A stretch of DNA of 63,859 nucleotides, counting the filler, from Chiloscyllium plagiosum (Eukaryota), in NCBI RefSeq assembly GCF_004010195.1. It is 5 parts of one record of this genome, joined end to end, with 100 filler letters (N's around TTAATTAATTAA, not from the genome) between each part and the next. Parts side by side here need not be neighbours in the genome. Positions count along the whole stretch, not along the records: positions 47,907 to 56,436 come from NC_057717.1; positions 56,537 to 63,859 come from NC_057717.1; 3 more parts are not named here. The stretch is one strand, 5' to 3'. The position numbers were made by a program, and so were the translations under genes. Position 1 is the stretch's first letter. Each line of letters starts with the position of its first letter. Under the pieces are notes generated by a model that saw nothing but the letters and a program-made list of their open reading frames with translations, searched no databases and had not been told where the DNA came from. This document shows positions 48,420 through 60,600 of this stretch, one piece after another.

Positions 48420-49680
48420 TCACTAAAATCTGGCGCTAGTGCGAATATGTGGACAGCTGTCTCACAGACTAGTCATGGAACAGCTTGACATAGTCTTACT
48501 CACGGAATCATAAATTACTGACAATAACGAGAACCTACCATAACCATTCTTAGATATGTCCTATCCCACCAGCAGGACAGACCAGACAGAGGTGGTGGCA
48601 CAGTGGTGTACAGACAGGAAGGACTTGCCCAGAGAGTACTCAACATTAACAGAATACGGCAGGATGTCTCATGGCTCATGCTGATTACCATATGCCGTCC
48701 TCCCTCGGCTGATGAATCTGTACTCCTTCATGTTGAGCAACACTTGTAGGAAGCACTGAGGGTGTAAATGGTGCCAACCGTACTCTGGGTTTGGTTTTTC
48801 AATATGCAACACGAAGAGTAACTCAGCAACAGGAATAGTGACTCATCTGGTTGGGTCCTAGCTGGTCAACTTGGACTGCAGCAGGTGGTGAGAGAACCAA
48901 GACGAGGGAAAAACATACTTGATCTCATTGTTATGAATTGACCAGCTACAGATAAATCTGTCCATAACAGCATCAGTAAAAACGACCATCACACAGTCCT
49001 TTGGAGACAATGCCTTGCATTCAAGTGGAGAGTAGTCTCCAGTGTGTTTACAGACACTATCACTTTGCTGAATGGGATATACTTCGATCAGATGGCAGAC
49101 CTCAAAACGGGGCATCCCTAAGGCACTGTGGTACAACAATAGCAGAATTGCAATCCAGCAATCCAGCAATCCCGAAATCTCATGGCCTGGCATACCCCCA
49201 CTTAAGCATTATTATCAAAATAGTGGATCAATCCTGTTTCAGTGCAAAGTGCAGGATGGTATGTCAGGAGTACCGTCAGGCATACCAAAAAGAGGTAGGT
49301 GAAAGTGAGGACTGCATGTGATGCAGATCAGAGACAAAATTAGATTGGTGCTGGAAAAGCACAGCGGGTCAGGCAGCATCTGAGGAGCAGGAAAATCGAT
49401 GTTCTGGGCAGGATCCCTGGGTATGTTCAATGCAGAAACACAGGAAACAGCCAACCCAGCCAATTTCCATCCATCAGTCCACACTCGATCAGTAGTAAAG
49501 AAATGGAAGGTGTCGCCAACAGTGCTCTCAAGCAGCAGCTGCTCAGCAATAACCTGCTCAGTGATGCCCAGTTTAGGTTCTGCCAGGGCCATTCAGTTCC
49601 TGAGCTTTTTGCAGACGTGATTCACAAACTGAAAACAGCTGAATTCCAGAGATGAGCTGAGGGTGACAGCCTAATCCCAC
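48420..49680 (+). mobile_element. CR1-group LINE (distinct family) endonuclease/RT fragments
   Basis: DIVLLTES, RQDRPDRGGGTVVY, QVVREPRRGKNILDL, QFRF. Confidence 0.7.
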
Positions 49681-50100
49681 TGCAAAACCGCTATTTCTAC
49701 ATCAGTGACTTCGCCCAACTCCATCCCAGTCTTAGCTCATTTGGTGAATCTCTTATCCATCCCAATGCTATGTCCAGACTTTATTATCCAAACACACTCC
49801 TGGCCAGACTCTCACATTCAACTTACATGTAAGGATATCTAAAACTCTGATGTCCAAGTGCTCATTTGTACCAAAACTTGTTGATCCATCAAAAGGTTAC
49901 TATTCATAAGCAACAAGAACTTAAAATTCTCACCCTTGATTTAATTCTTGGCTGCGAACATTGTGATCTACCTGCACCACACAACATTTGAGATCTCGAC
50001 AACTTATTTTCTTTCAGATTCCCAATCATGTTTATGCATTGCTTCACCTGCCTGGCTCTTTCTACTGTTGTCAAGGCAACACGGTCTGGAATTCCCACCC
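49680..50100 (+). mobile_element. L2-like RT C-terminal fragment
   Basis: ESLIHPNAMSRLYYPNTLLARL resembles L2 LIHAFVTSRLDYSNALLAGL. Confidence 0.5.
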
Positions 50101-50639
50101 TCACGCTTCAGGTGTGCTTTCCTCCTTGAAGCTATAACTGAATTCCTGCTTATTTGGCAATGTTTTTGATCTCCTGGCCTAATATCTCTTGTGTCAGAAG
50201 TTATAAAAATAGTAAAAGTACAAACTGTTTTGATAAACACATATGTTGTCACCTCTTCTGAGTGAATAATCTGTAACATCTCTGAGCGAACGAAATTTTG
50301 GGAACACCTTCACCACAGGAACTGCAGCAGTACAAGGAAGTCAAACAACACATTCTCCACAGGCAAACATGGCATTGATCATTGGTATCTGTGGAGGGAG
50401 AAACACAGCTGATGTTTAAGGGAGTGCAAAATGATTAACAGTGAATGAAAATGGTGCAGAATTTGACAGTCAGAAATGGAAGGAAAATCCACTTTTTTTG
50501 GAAAAACGAATTATTGATCGCTACAGATATTGTTGAAAATGTAATCCGTTAAGATAGCAGCAAATGCTCAGGGGTTGAGCAGCAGTGGAAGACTCATTTA
50601 TAAAGGTTCTGTGAAAGTAACAGTAAAGCACTAAACAAG

Positions 50640-50950
50640 CGTCCGAAGTCTCTAACATCCCCTCGTACATCACCAAGGAGATTTAGCTCCTGGGCCTCCT
50701 CCACACCCAAATCCATAGCATATGATGCCTGGAGGAAGAATGCCTCATCTTCCGCCCTTTGGTCCCCTCCAATGACAGGGGATCAATGTGGATTTGAGCA
50801 GTTTCCACATTTCCCCTCCCCCCACTTCATCTTAGACACAAATTTCCAACTTGGCACCGCCCTCTTGACATGTTTTTCCAATCCATTTTCCTTCCCACCG
50901 ATCGGCTGCTGCCTGACCTGCTGTGCTTTTCAGCATCACGCTCTTGGACT
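50640..50950 (+). mobile_element. Penelope-like GIY-YIG C-terminal fragment
   Basis: LGLLH....LEEECLIFR....GINVD followed by GCTGCCTGACCTGCTGTGCTTTTCAGC. Confidence 0.65.
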
Positions 50951-52832
50951 TTGAAAATACACTGACTCTGGCACATTGTGTAAATGCTGCACTATCACTC
51001 CCTGCCAGGGAAGGCTGCGCATCCTTCCTGCTCCTGCTTGCCCCTCACAAACTTGACAGCCGAGGATCACTACGCTCCAATAAAGATTCCGGCGCTCACT
51101 CGGGCCTATTGCCATCTGAGGCAAACACAGGCCTTGGATTTTCAAATGTGTATTTTCCAATGTGCTCTAAGTTGCTGTAAAACTTCCGAGCACATACCAA
51201 CACCATTTCCCTCCCTCTTCCTGCTGTTCATTTCTTACCTTTCGCGTGGTCTGCACAATCAAATTCCCAATGCCTTGTTCACAACAATACTGTGCTGCTC
51301 GCGAGGCTGATCATGTGGTCAAGAATAGCCCCGCCCCTCACTCACTCCGATTGTTTGGCGCTCTAATCCAGCGCCCTGTCCTCTTCTTGGTCCCGCGCTG
51401 ACATCAATCACCGGTGGCCCTTTGTGTGCTGTTGAATGCACAGAGATTCTGCTTTACTCCTGTTCATCAGGTAGAAGAGAGAAGGTTCATTCCTGTTTCT
51501 CCCACTGTATGGAGCTTTCGACATTGACAAATCTCCTAACAGTGCTTCATGAATGACGGAAACGTTGATTAAAGAGAACGATTTAAAATTCATCTCAAAG
51601 GAGGTCAGATCGGTTAGGGAGGATATCCCAGAAGATTGTGTCCTCAGCAGCTCCAATCTTGGAGTGATGTAGGTGGGGAACAGTTTACAATGGAGACAGT
51701 TAGTGGCTAACAGTCGGTTAACAACCCTTGTCCTAGTCCACAACCACACACCACACCTTCTTATCGCAGCCTGCCATTATACACTACCTATGGTTAGCCA
51801 ATAACAATCTCCAATAACAGCTATTCACCATCGCTGCCACATCATTATCCATTCCTTTACACAACTATTCTTATCGCTCTATCCCCACCTATCCGTTATT
51901 CCTTATATCCGCCCCCACCCCACCCTACCTTCCGCATATGAACCAATGTTTATTTTCTGGTAACATCAGCTCAGGATCACTGAGATCTGAAACATTATTT
52001 TTGATTTTTCTTCACATATGTTGTTAGAACTGCTAACCTTTTGCAGAACCTCTTGGTTGTTGTTTCTGATTGCACCATTCACAGTTATTTTGGTTTTAAT
52101 TTACCGTGTGTTAGTAATTCATGTGTAGCAGTGTCCGTCACTGTCTCTGCAGTCTCTCCCACTCCCTTCACACTCACTGAGTGCCCGCTCACAGAGACAC
52201 TGTGCCTGGCCAGATCATGGTCACGTGTCATGCTGCTGTTCACTCTCATTGACTGCAGGGCCACACCAACTCTCCTTCTCTTAGTTGGTGAGCTGCTGTC
52301 AATCAACCGGGCACCGTTGTGAGGTGAGTGGTTGGATCGTCCTTCTCTGTGCCCTGCGATGTGCTTCGTTATTGAAATGGGGCAGTAGGACAGAGCACAG
52401 GGCTTGGGGATATACAACCCATTGGGGCTGTTTTCTGTCCGTCTGGAGTTGCTGAAAATCTGTCGCAATTCCCCTCCCATTTGCCCATAGCCCTCCAAAT
52501 CGTTCCTTAAAAATGTGAATTCCAAATCTGTTTGAGAATAACTGCTGAATCTGTCTCCAGCTGCCATTCAGACTGTTCCAGATGCTCAGAACTTACTGAG
52601 TAAAACAATCTTCACATTTTAACTCTGCATTATTTGTAAATTATCTCAAAGTAGTTTCTAAAAATTGTGTCAGTGTTAACAATTCCTCTCTATCTGCAAC
52701 TTAAATATCCTGGAAACAAATCTGCACCTAGTCGAAATCACTGTTTAACCTTCTCCGTTCTAAGGACAATTATCTGAGCTTCTGCTGGTTCTCCATTAAA
52801 GAGGAATGCAGATTATTTTAATTTATTAGTGT

Positions 52833-55620
52833 CATACAGAAGGACAGCACAATTCGTCCAAGCCAACTAGATATCCTAAGCAAATGGAGTACCATTTGCC
52901 AGCTATTGGTCCATATCCCTCGAACTCCTTCATATTCATAAACCCAATCGGATGCCTTTTAAATGTTGTAATTGTATCAGCCTCCACTACTTGATCTGGC
53001 AGCTCACTCCATACATAGACCACACTCAGCTTGAAAGTGATGCCCCTTAAATCCCTTTTAAATCTTTGCCCTCTCAACTTTAACCCATTTGCTCTTGTTT
53101 GGACCCCGTCCCCCACCCTGGGGAGAAAATACCCCGGCTGTTCACCTTATCCAGGCTCCTCATGAATTTATAAATCTCCATTAGGTCACCTTTCAGTCTT
53201 TGACTCTACAGAGAAAATAGACCCAGGTTATTCAGCCTTTCCCTGTCGCACAAATCCTCTAACCCTGGCAATGTATTGTCTGATCCCTTTCACATTTCAC
53301 ACCATCCTTCCGAGAACTTGGAAATTTGAACTTTACATAGAATTCCAGAAGTGGCTTAATCAATGTTCTCTTCAGCCACAATATGACGTCACAACTTCTG
53401 TATTCAATGTATTGACCAATACACATAAGGGTACCAAATGCTGCCTTGAATCCCCTGCCTACCTGCAATTCTACTTTCAAGAAAAAAGGAACCTGCACTC
53501 CATGGACGTTTTGTTCAACAGAACTCGCCAGGACCTTACCATTGACTGCATAAATCCTAACCTGGTTTGCCTTTCGAAAATGCAGCAGCCCCCAGTTATC
53601 TAAATTGAGCTCCGTCTTCCATTTCACCGTCCATTGGCCCATCTGATCAATATCCTGTTGTATCTGAACTAACTTTCATCACAGTCCACTACACCTCCAA
53701 TTTTGATATAATCTTTAACTGACTGATCATACCACATATATTCACATCCCCGTCATTTATATAAGTCATTCTCTCACATCGCTCAGGGAAGGAATCTGCC
53801 ATCCTTATCTGATCTGGCTTACATGTGACTCCTAACCTCTTAACTGCCTTCTGGATAATTAGGGATGGGCAACAAATGCTGACCCAGCCAGTGACGTCCT
53901 CATCCTGTGAATAAATGAAAAAACAAGGTTAAGTTTTGTTCCTCCTCTAGTAGGTACATCCTACAATATGAACCAAAAGTTTTCTCGTATACACTGAACA
54001 AACACCTGACTTTCCAAGTCCTTAACAGGATTCCGAGGCTTAGTTTGGAAAGTTAAAACTCATTATCATTACAACCACATTATTCTTTCAGATAACTGAG
54101 ATCTTCCGGTAAATGTGTTTGTCAATTCCCCGCTGACTGTTCTGGGAGGGGGGGGGGGGGGGGGGTCGATCGCACAATCCCAGTAAGGGGATCCTCACTT
54201 CTATTATATCTCCGTTCCAATCAGATAACGTACCTGGATGGGCTCCCAGGAATGTCCTCCCGAATTCCAGCTGTAATATTATACCTAAGCAAAAACGCCA
54301 CTCTCCCTGGTCTCTTCTCCGTTTCTATCCTTGCATTCACATCTCTTTCTTGGAACATTGAGCTGCTAGTCCTATCCACCCCTGAGTCATGTCTTTGTAG
54401 TTGCGATAATATCCCAGTGCCATGTTCAAAACCATAACCTGCGCTCATCTGCCTGACTAGTGAGGACTCTTGCACTGAAATAAAAGCTGTATAACTGGTC
54501 AGTCGCACCTCATTCTGTGGCTTGCTCTTGCTTGTATGACCTCTGAACAGTACCAGCCTCACATTTAAGTCTTTTCTCTCTGTCTCTTTGAGTTTACCCC
54601 TACTCCATCACTGGTTTAATGCCTCCTGAGCAGCACTAGCAAGTCTCCCTGCCTGGAATTTAGTCCCCTTCCAATGCAGGTACAGTCTGTCCTTGCTATG
54701 TAGGTTAGATATACCCCAGAAGAAATTCCCATGATCCAAATACGTCATTCCTTCTCCCCTGCAACAGCTCCTTCGCCACACATTCATCTCCTCCATCCTG
54801 CTATTCCTACTCTCACTAGCATGTTGCACCGGGAGTAATCTAGATATTACTATCCCTAAGAACCTGCTTTTTAACCTCCTACATAAGTTCCTGTATTCTC
54901 TCATCAGGACCTCCTTCCTCTGTCATTGGAACCATTGTGCAATGACCTCCCACTGATGATTGAATTTATTTTGCTCCCAATCTGAGACATCCTTGATCCT
55001 GGCATGAGGGAGGCACCATCACATTCTGATGTCTCACTGTCAGCTTCAGAAACGGCAGTCTGTGCCCCTTGTAAGAGACTCCCCAATCACAATTGATTAT
55101 CTGGAACCTGATATACCTCACATTAGAGTAGAGCCAGTCTCAGCACCAGTAACTTGGCTGCTTGTGCTACATTTCCCTGAACGTCTATTAACCACTATAT
55201 TTTCCAAACCAGAATACTTGTTTGAGGTGCAGACAGCCACAGGAGACTCCTGCATTACCTGCCTAGCCCTTGTACCTTTCGTGGAGGTAACTCATCTACC
55301 TGACCGTATCTGCAGTATCCTATCATCCTAAGACTGCCACCTATGACACCCTCTGGCTCTTGTCAATTCCTAACTGCTTGCAATCACTCCACAATCATCT
55401 GATGAAGGAACAACGCAACGAAAGCTAGTGCTTCCAAATAAATCTGTTGAACTATATCCTGGTGTTGTCTGATTTTTAACTCTACCAAACACAGTCTAAC
55501 ACCAGCGTCTCCAAGTCATTTAATCCCTCCCCAACGAATCCATGAAATCACACCTCCTTCAGATATAATCATCAGGATCATTGAAACTTTCCTTAATCTC
55601 ACACATCCGACAGGAGCAGC
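52833..55620 (-). mobile_element. Internally deleted CR1 with ORF1 (SGNH esterase) and 3' end
   Basis: ORF1 IVISRLLPV...LDHGNFFWG...DRLYLHWKGT; ORF2 start; RT C-terminus VWSELPDQVVEA. Confidence 0.85.
55399..55515 (+). mobile_element. Penelope-derived fragment with hammerhead core
   Basis: CUGAUGA-AGGAACAACGCAAC-GAAAGCUA; stem II is eroded. Confidence 0.65.
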
Positions 55621-56877
55621 ATGTCACTCGAAACAGGCCATCTCTCCGCGTTAACAATCTACAAATCCAGAAAAAGACACAGTCTTACTGATGTACAAAC
55701 TACTGCCCGAGACTAACTTAATGCCTACTTTTTAAATTTTAAAAATGTAATCAAGAAACCGTAAGACATATTAAAAAGAAACCATCACTTTTCTCACTAC
55801 TGCAGACGGATCATTCTAAAACAGAATAAGATTGATGTTTTAAGAGATTGATACCCACTGAGATGATCCCCGGCTGTAAGTAGTTCTGACATTGAGGTCT
55901 TTCTGAGAACAGTTGTGAAACGTCACTTTGTGTCTCTTTTCTCCCAGCTCCATTTCCCGAGAGGTTTCTAACTTCATAGCCAGTCAGCTGAGAGAGTTCA
56001 CTGCTGTCGTTTTATTCGCTGAGGGTTGGCTTTGCTGCACAGACCAGTACTTATTGGTCATTTTATTTGACTTGGAGAAAGGTGGTGGAAACTGCCTTCC
56101 TGAAATGCTGCAGTCCATGTACACCGGCGATGTTTGGACAATGATCCCCCTCTAGCCTCACAGATCTCTCTGTCTCTGTAATGCCCCTCCAGTCTCACAT
56201 CCCTCCGTATCTTTGTAATCTCCCCCTCCAGTTTCAGGGATTACAGATATGTGATATAAGATTTTTATTTCGATTCATTTTTTTGTTTCTTTTATCTCAA
56301 AAATATAAAATAAAAATCCAAAAAAGTGAAATATTTTCTCCCCTCATACAGACTTCTGTGAGATGACCTTTTGGAGAGGCCGATATATGGACGTTTCAGT
56401 GCGTAATCTCAAATTGTACACGTAGAATGACTGACCNNNNNNNNNNNNNNNNNNNNNNNNNNNNNNNNNNNNNNNNNNNNTTAATTAATTAANNNNNNNN
56501 NNNNNNNNNNNNNNNNNNNNNNNNNNNNNNNNNNNNCCTCGGATGCTGCCTGAACTGCTGTGCTCTTCCAGCACCACTAATCCAGAACTATCGCTGCCCA
56601 TTATACTAAGCCCTAACAGTTGTTCACATTTAAACTGATTTCCTCCATGTGTGCTCTCTCATAGACAATTACTTTCACATCTAACACTGCCCCAGACCCC
56701 CACACACATGCACTCATAAAACCCCTTGCTTTGAACTGATGCATGAAGATACAGAGACATTAATTTATGGGAGCCCATTTACTGTCACTCGCAGAATGGG
56801 CGGCAAATTGTCCCGTGTTAGTCATTTACATAGTGCAAATGTAGCAGCAATATACCTGCAAAGTTTTGCAATACTGC

Positions 56878-57600
56878 CATGCTGGGCAGCTGGTCCAGCT
56901 GACTGAACAATACACTAGCATAGTCTGCACAGCTCCCAATGCTGGCCAGATAGTCCACCTTACCGAGCAATACACAAGCATAGTCTGCACAAATCCTCAT
57001 GCTGGGCAGATCGTCCATCTTATTGAGCAATACACTAGCATAGTCTGCACAGCTCCCCATGCTGGCCAGATAGTCCAGTTTACTGAGAAATGCACTGGGA
57101 TAGTCTGCACAGCTCCCTATGCTGGGCAGATATTCCAGTTAATTGAGCAATGCACTGGCACAGTCTGCACAACTCCCCATGCTGGGCAGGTAGTCCAGTT
57201 TACTGAGCAATACACTGGCATAGACTGCACAGCTCCCGATACTGGGCAGATAGCCAGTTTATTGAACAATACACTGGAATAGTCTACACAGCTCTTCATG
57301 CTGGCCAGATAGTCCAGCGAACTGAGCAAAACACTGGGATAGTCTGCACAGCTCCCCATGCTGGTCAGATAGTCCAGTTTACTGAGCAATACACTAGCAT
57401 AGTCTGCACAGCTCCCCATGCTGGGCAGATAGTCCGATTTACTGAGCCATACACTGACAGTCTGCACAACTCTCCATGCTGGCTCGATAGTCCAGCGAAC
57501 TGAGCAAAACACTGGGGTAATCTACACAGCTCTCCATGATGGGCAGATAGTCTGATTTACTGAGCAATACACTGGCATAAGCTGCACTGATCTCCACGAT
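56878..57600. repeat. 60-bp minisatellite, ~12 units
   Basis: Consensus CATGCTGGGCAGATAGTCCAGTTTACTGAGCAATACACTRGCATAGTCTGCACAGCTCCC. Confidence 0.95.
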
Positions 57601-57929
57601 GCGTTGTCTACTTGTCCCAGTTTATAGTTTCTGCGTTTGTTCTGTGAGGCAAATTCAGATTTTAGTGGAACAGATTTGGTCAGCTGATCTGGCAATGCCT
57701 TTATTCAATGTTCTCATTCTTGTGACCTGACCCGCCAAGGTCTCACTGCTCCAGATAGACCCACTCCCTTTTTTTCTCACATTTCAACAACCTGCTCTGT
57801 TTCTGTATAAATTGTCCGTTTCTATCTTTAATGTGAATGTCTCTGTCCATCTGTATCTTTCCCTGGCCTTGGTTTATCGTTGTGTTTTGTATCGAATACT
57901 GGCATTATGAAGTTCAGAAATAATGTAAT

Positions 57930-58245
57930 AGTGTGTCAGGCTATTGTTTGCTTCCCGTTCTGTCCCATGAGTTACTCCATGGACAGGGGAGTGTGTACTG
58001 GTCTGTTGTTGACTTCCTGGTGTGTCCCTTGATGTGCTTCATGAAGAGGTGTGTGTGTGTGCAGGGCAGTTGTTCACTTCTCCGTGTGTCCCTCGTCGTG
58101 CTCCATGTTGGACAGCGGTGTGTGTGCTGGGCAGTTGTTCACTTGCAGGTGTGTCCCATATGGTGCTCCATGGACGGGGGTTGTGTTTCGGGCTGTTGCT
58201 CACTTCCCGGTGTGTCCCAAGTTGTGTCCCAAGACAGGGAGTTTC
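57930..58245. repeat. Degenerate ~60-bp tandem repeat, ~5 units
   Basis: Recurrent GGGCAGTTGTTCACTT..GTGTGTCCC..GTGCTCCATGGACAG. Confidence 0.8.
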
Positions 58246-59009
58246 AGCATATTTGACTCATGTCTTTAAAACTTGGTCTGTGCATGTCCACTTAAAGCCT
58301 GTGTTTGCTCCTCTCAGCTAATCACGTGGTCAGAAACACGAGGAGGACCCTGAATTATAATTATAAAGGAGTACATATCTCACTTTTCGCGGAGGGAAGT
58401 CTGATTGTCTCCTGTTATTGAAACGTTAGTGGAGGGGCTGGGGATAGTTTGCTGGAGGTTGTTTTGTGAGCTGCCTCGGACATTCAGGGAGACCAGAGGA
58501 TTTGGTGACCCAACTCTGGTTGGAACATGGGGACTGTAGTTACAGCATCAAGGTCTGTCACTTGAACAACAAATGGAGCAGAGGCTACAGAGCATGGAAG
58601 CTCTGAATCCACGGACTGTGTGGAAAGGGATCTGCCACAACTGTCTGTGTCTTAATGTGAGTACAGGCTCTCACTCTCATCCGTAAACATACACACACAA
58701 ACCCGCTTTCTCACACACACAGACACAAACATACACATCCTCTGTCTCTCACTCGAACGCCACCCGTGCCCCTCCCCCCCAACATACACACACACTCTGC
58801 ATCTCTCGCACAGGCACACATAAATCTGGGGGGCTAATTTGCATTTGCAGATTTATATTTGGGGATAGATTGTATTTTGTTCAAAACAACATTCAGTTTG
58901 TACGCAGCCAATCAGTGTGGCATTTTATAAAGTCCTGCTTTGGAAATAAAACCAGGATGACTCCCGGGTAAAACAAGTCGGACTCCACTCAGGACCTTCC
59001 ATAATTTGT

Positions 59010-60600
59010 GCAGGGAATATCACATCTTAGCAAACGTAATAGAATTCTTTGAGGAATGACAAAGTTGACAGTGGAGAAAGGACTGTAGATATCATATACA
59101 TGGACGTTAGTAAGGCGCTTGATGAGATAGACTGATAGAGAAGGTGAAGTCGCAAGGCGTCCAGGGTGTACTAGCTAGATGGATTAGAGAACTGGCTGGG
59201 TAACAGGAGACACAGAATAGTAATGGAAAGGAGTTTCTCAAAATGGACAACTGTTCTGTGTGGTGTTTCACAGGGATCCCTGCTGGGACCACTGTTTGTT
59301 GTGATGTACTTACATGATCTGAAGGAAGGTATAGGTGGTCTGATTAGCAAGTTTGCAGATTTCACTAAGATTGGTAGAGTAGCAGAAAGTTGAGGGGAAT
59401 GTCAGAGAACATAATTGGAGAGTTGGGTGAAGAAAGGGTAGATGAGAGGTGATGCATTTTGGAAGATCCAATTCGAGAACAAATTATACAGTAACTGGAA
59501 AAAGCCCTGGGGAAAATTGATGTACAGAGAGATCTGGGTGTTCAGGTCCATTGTTCGGAGAAAGTGGCAGATCGATAGAATGATCAAGAAGGCGACACGT
59601 TGGCACAGTGGTTAGCACTGCTGCCTCACAGCGCCTGAGACCCGGGTTCAATTCCCGCCTCAGGCGACCGACTGTGTGGAGTTTGCACATTCTCCCCGTG
59701 TCTGCGTGGGTTTCCTCCGGGTGCTCCGGTTTCCTCCCACAGTCCAAAAATGTGCAGGTTAGGTGAATTAGCCACGCGAAATTGCCTGTAGTATTAGGTA
59801 TAGGGGAATGGGTCTGGGTGGGTGCGCTTCGGCGGGTCAGTGTGGACTTGTTGGGCCGAAGGGCCTGTTTCCACACTGTAAGTAATCTAATCTAATCTTA
59901 AAAAAAAGGCATGCAGCATACTTTCCTTCCTGCATTCTAACAAGTTAAGAACTGGAGAACCACAAACCAGTTAACTCGTCACCCACAGGAGGAAATCTGT
60001 TGGAATCTATTGCATACAAGTGTAGACCGGCCATATTACAGTTGTATAGGACTTTGATTCGGCCACATTTAGAATACTGTGAACAGTTCTGGTTGCCACA
60101 TTACTGAAAGGATCTGGATGCTTTGGAAAGAGGGCAGAGGATTTTCACAAGGATGTTGCCTAGCATGGAGAGAACGATATATAAAGAGAGATTTGATAAA
60201 TTAGGGTTATTTTCGTTAAAAAGACGAAGGTTGAGGGAGGACTTGATTGAGGTTTACAAAACCATGAGAGGTGTAAATAGCGTGGATAGCAAGAAGTTTA
60301 TTCCCAGAGTGGGGGAGTCAGTTACTAGGGATCAAGAATTCATGACGAAAGATTTTGGGGATATGCTCGAAATGTTCTTTGCACAGGGGGTTATGGATGT
60401 TGGGTTGCGTTGCCAGTGGAGGTGGTAGAGGTGGGGACGAAAGCATCAGTTAATATGTATCCAGACAGAGATATGAATGGGCAGGGAGCAGAGAGATACA
60501 GACCTTAGAAACTAGGCGACAAGTATAGATAGAGGATCTGGATTGACACAGGCTTGGAGGACTGAAGGGGCTGTTCCTGTGCTGTGATTTTCTTTGTTAT
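59010..60600 (+). mobile_element. CR1 RT/3' end
   Basis: GVSQGSLLGPLF, SKFAD, YKERFDKLGLFSL; 3' UTR. Confidence 0.85.
59591..59899 (+). mobile_element. HE1-type V-SINE (tRNA-derived), near full length
   Basis: A box TGGCACAGTGG, B box GGTTCAATTCC, V-domain TGTGTGGAGTTTGCACATTCTCCCCGTGTCTGCGTGGGTTTCCTCCGGGTGCTCCGGTTTCCTCCCAC, (TAATC)n tail. Confidence 0.92.

Noticed and set aside
56878..57600. CRISPR-like periodicity
   Set aside because: Whole units repeat with no unique spacers, there are no cas genes, and the context is eukaryotic.
59591..59665. tRNA gene
   Set aside because: The A/B boxes are the head of an HE1 SINE, continuous with the V-domain and tail; no complete cloverleaf.
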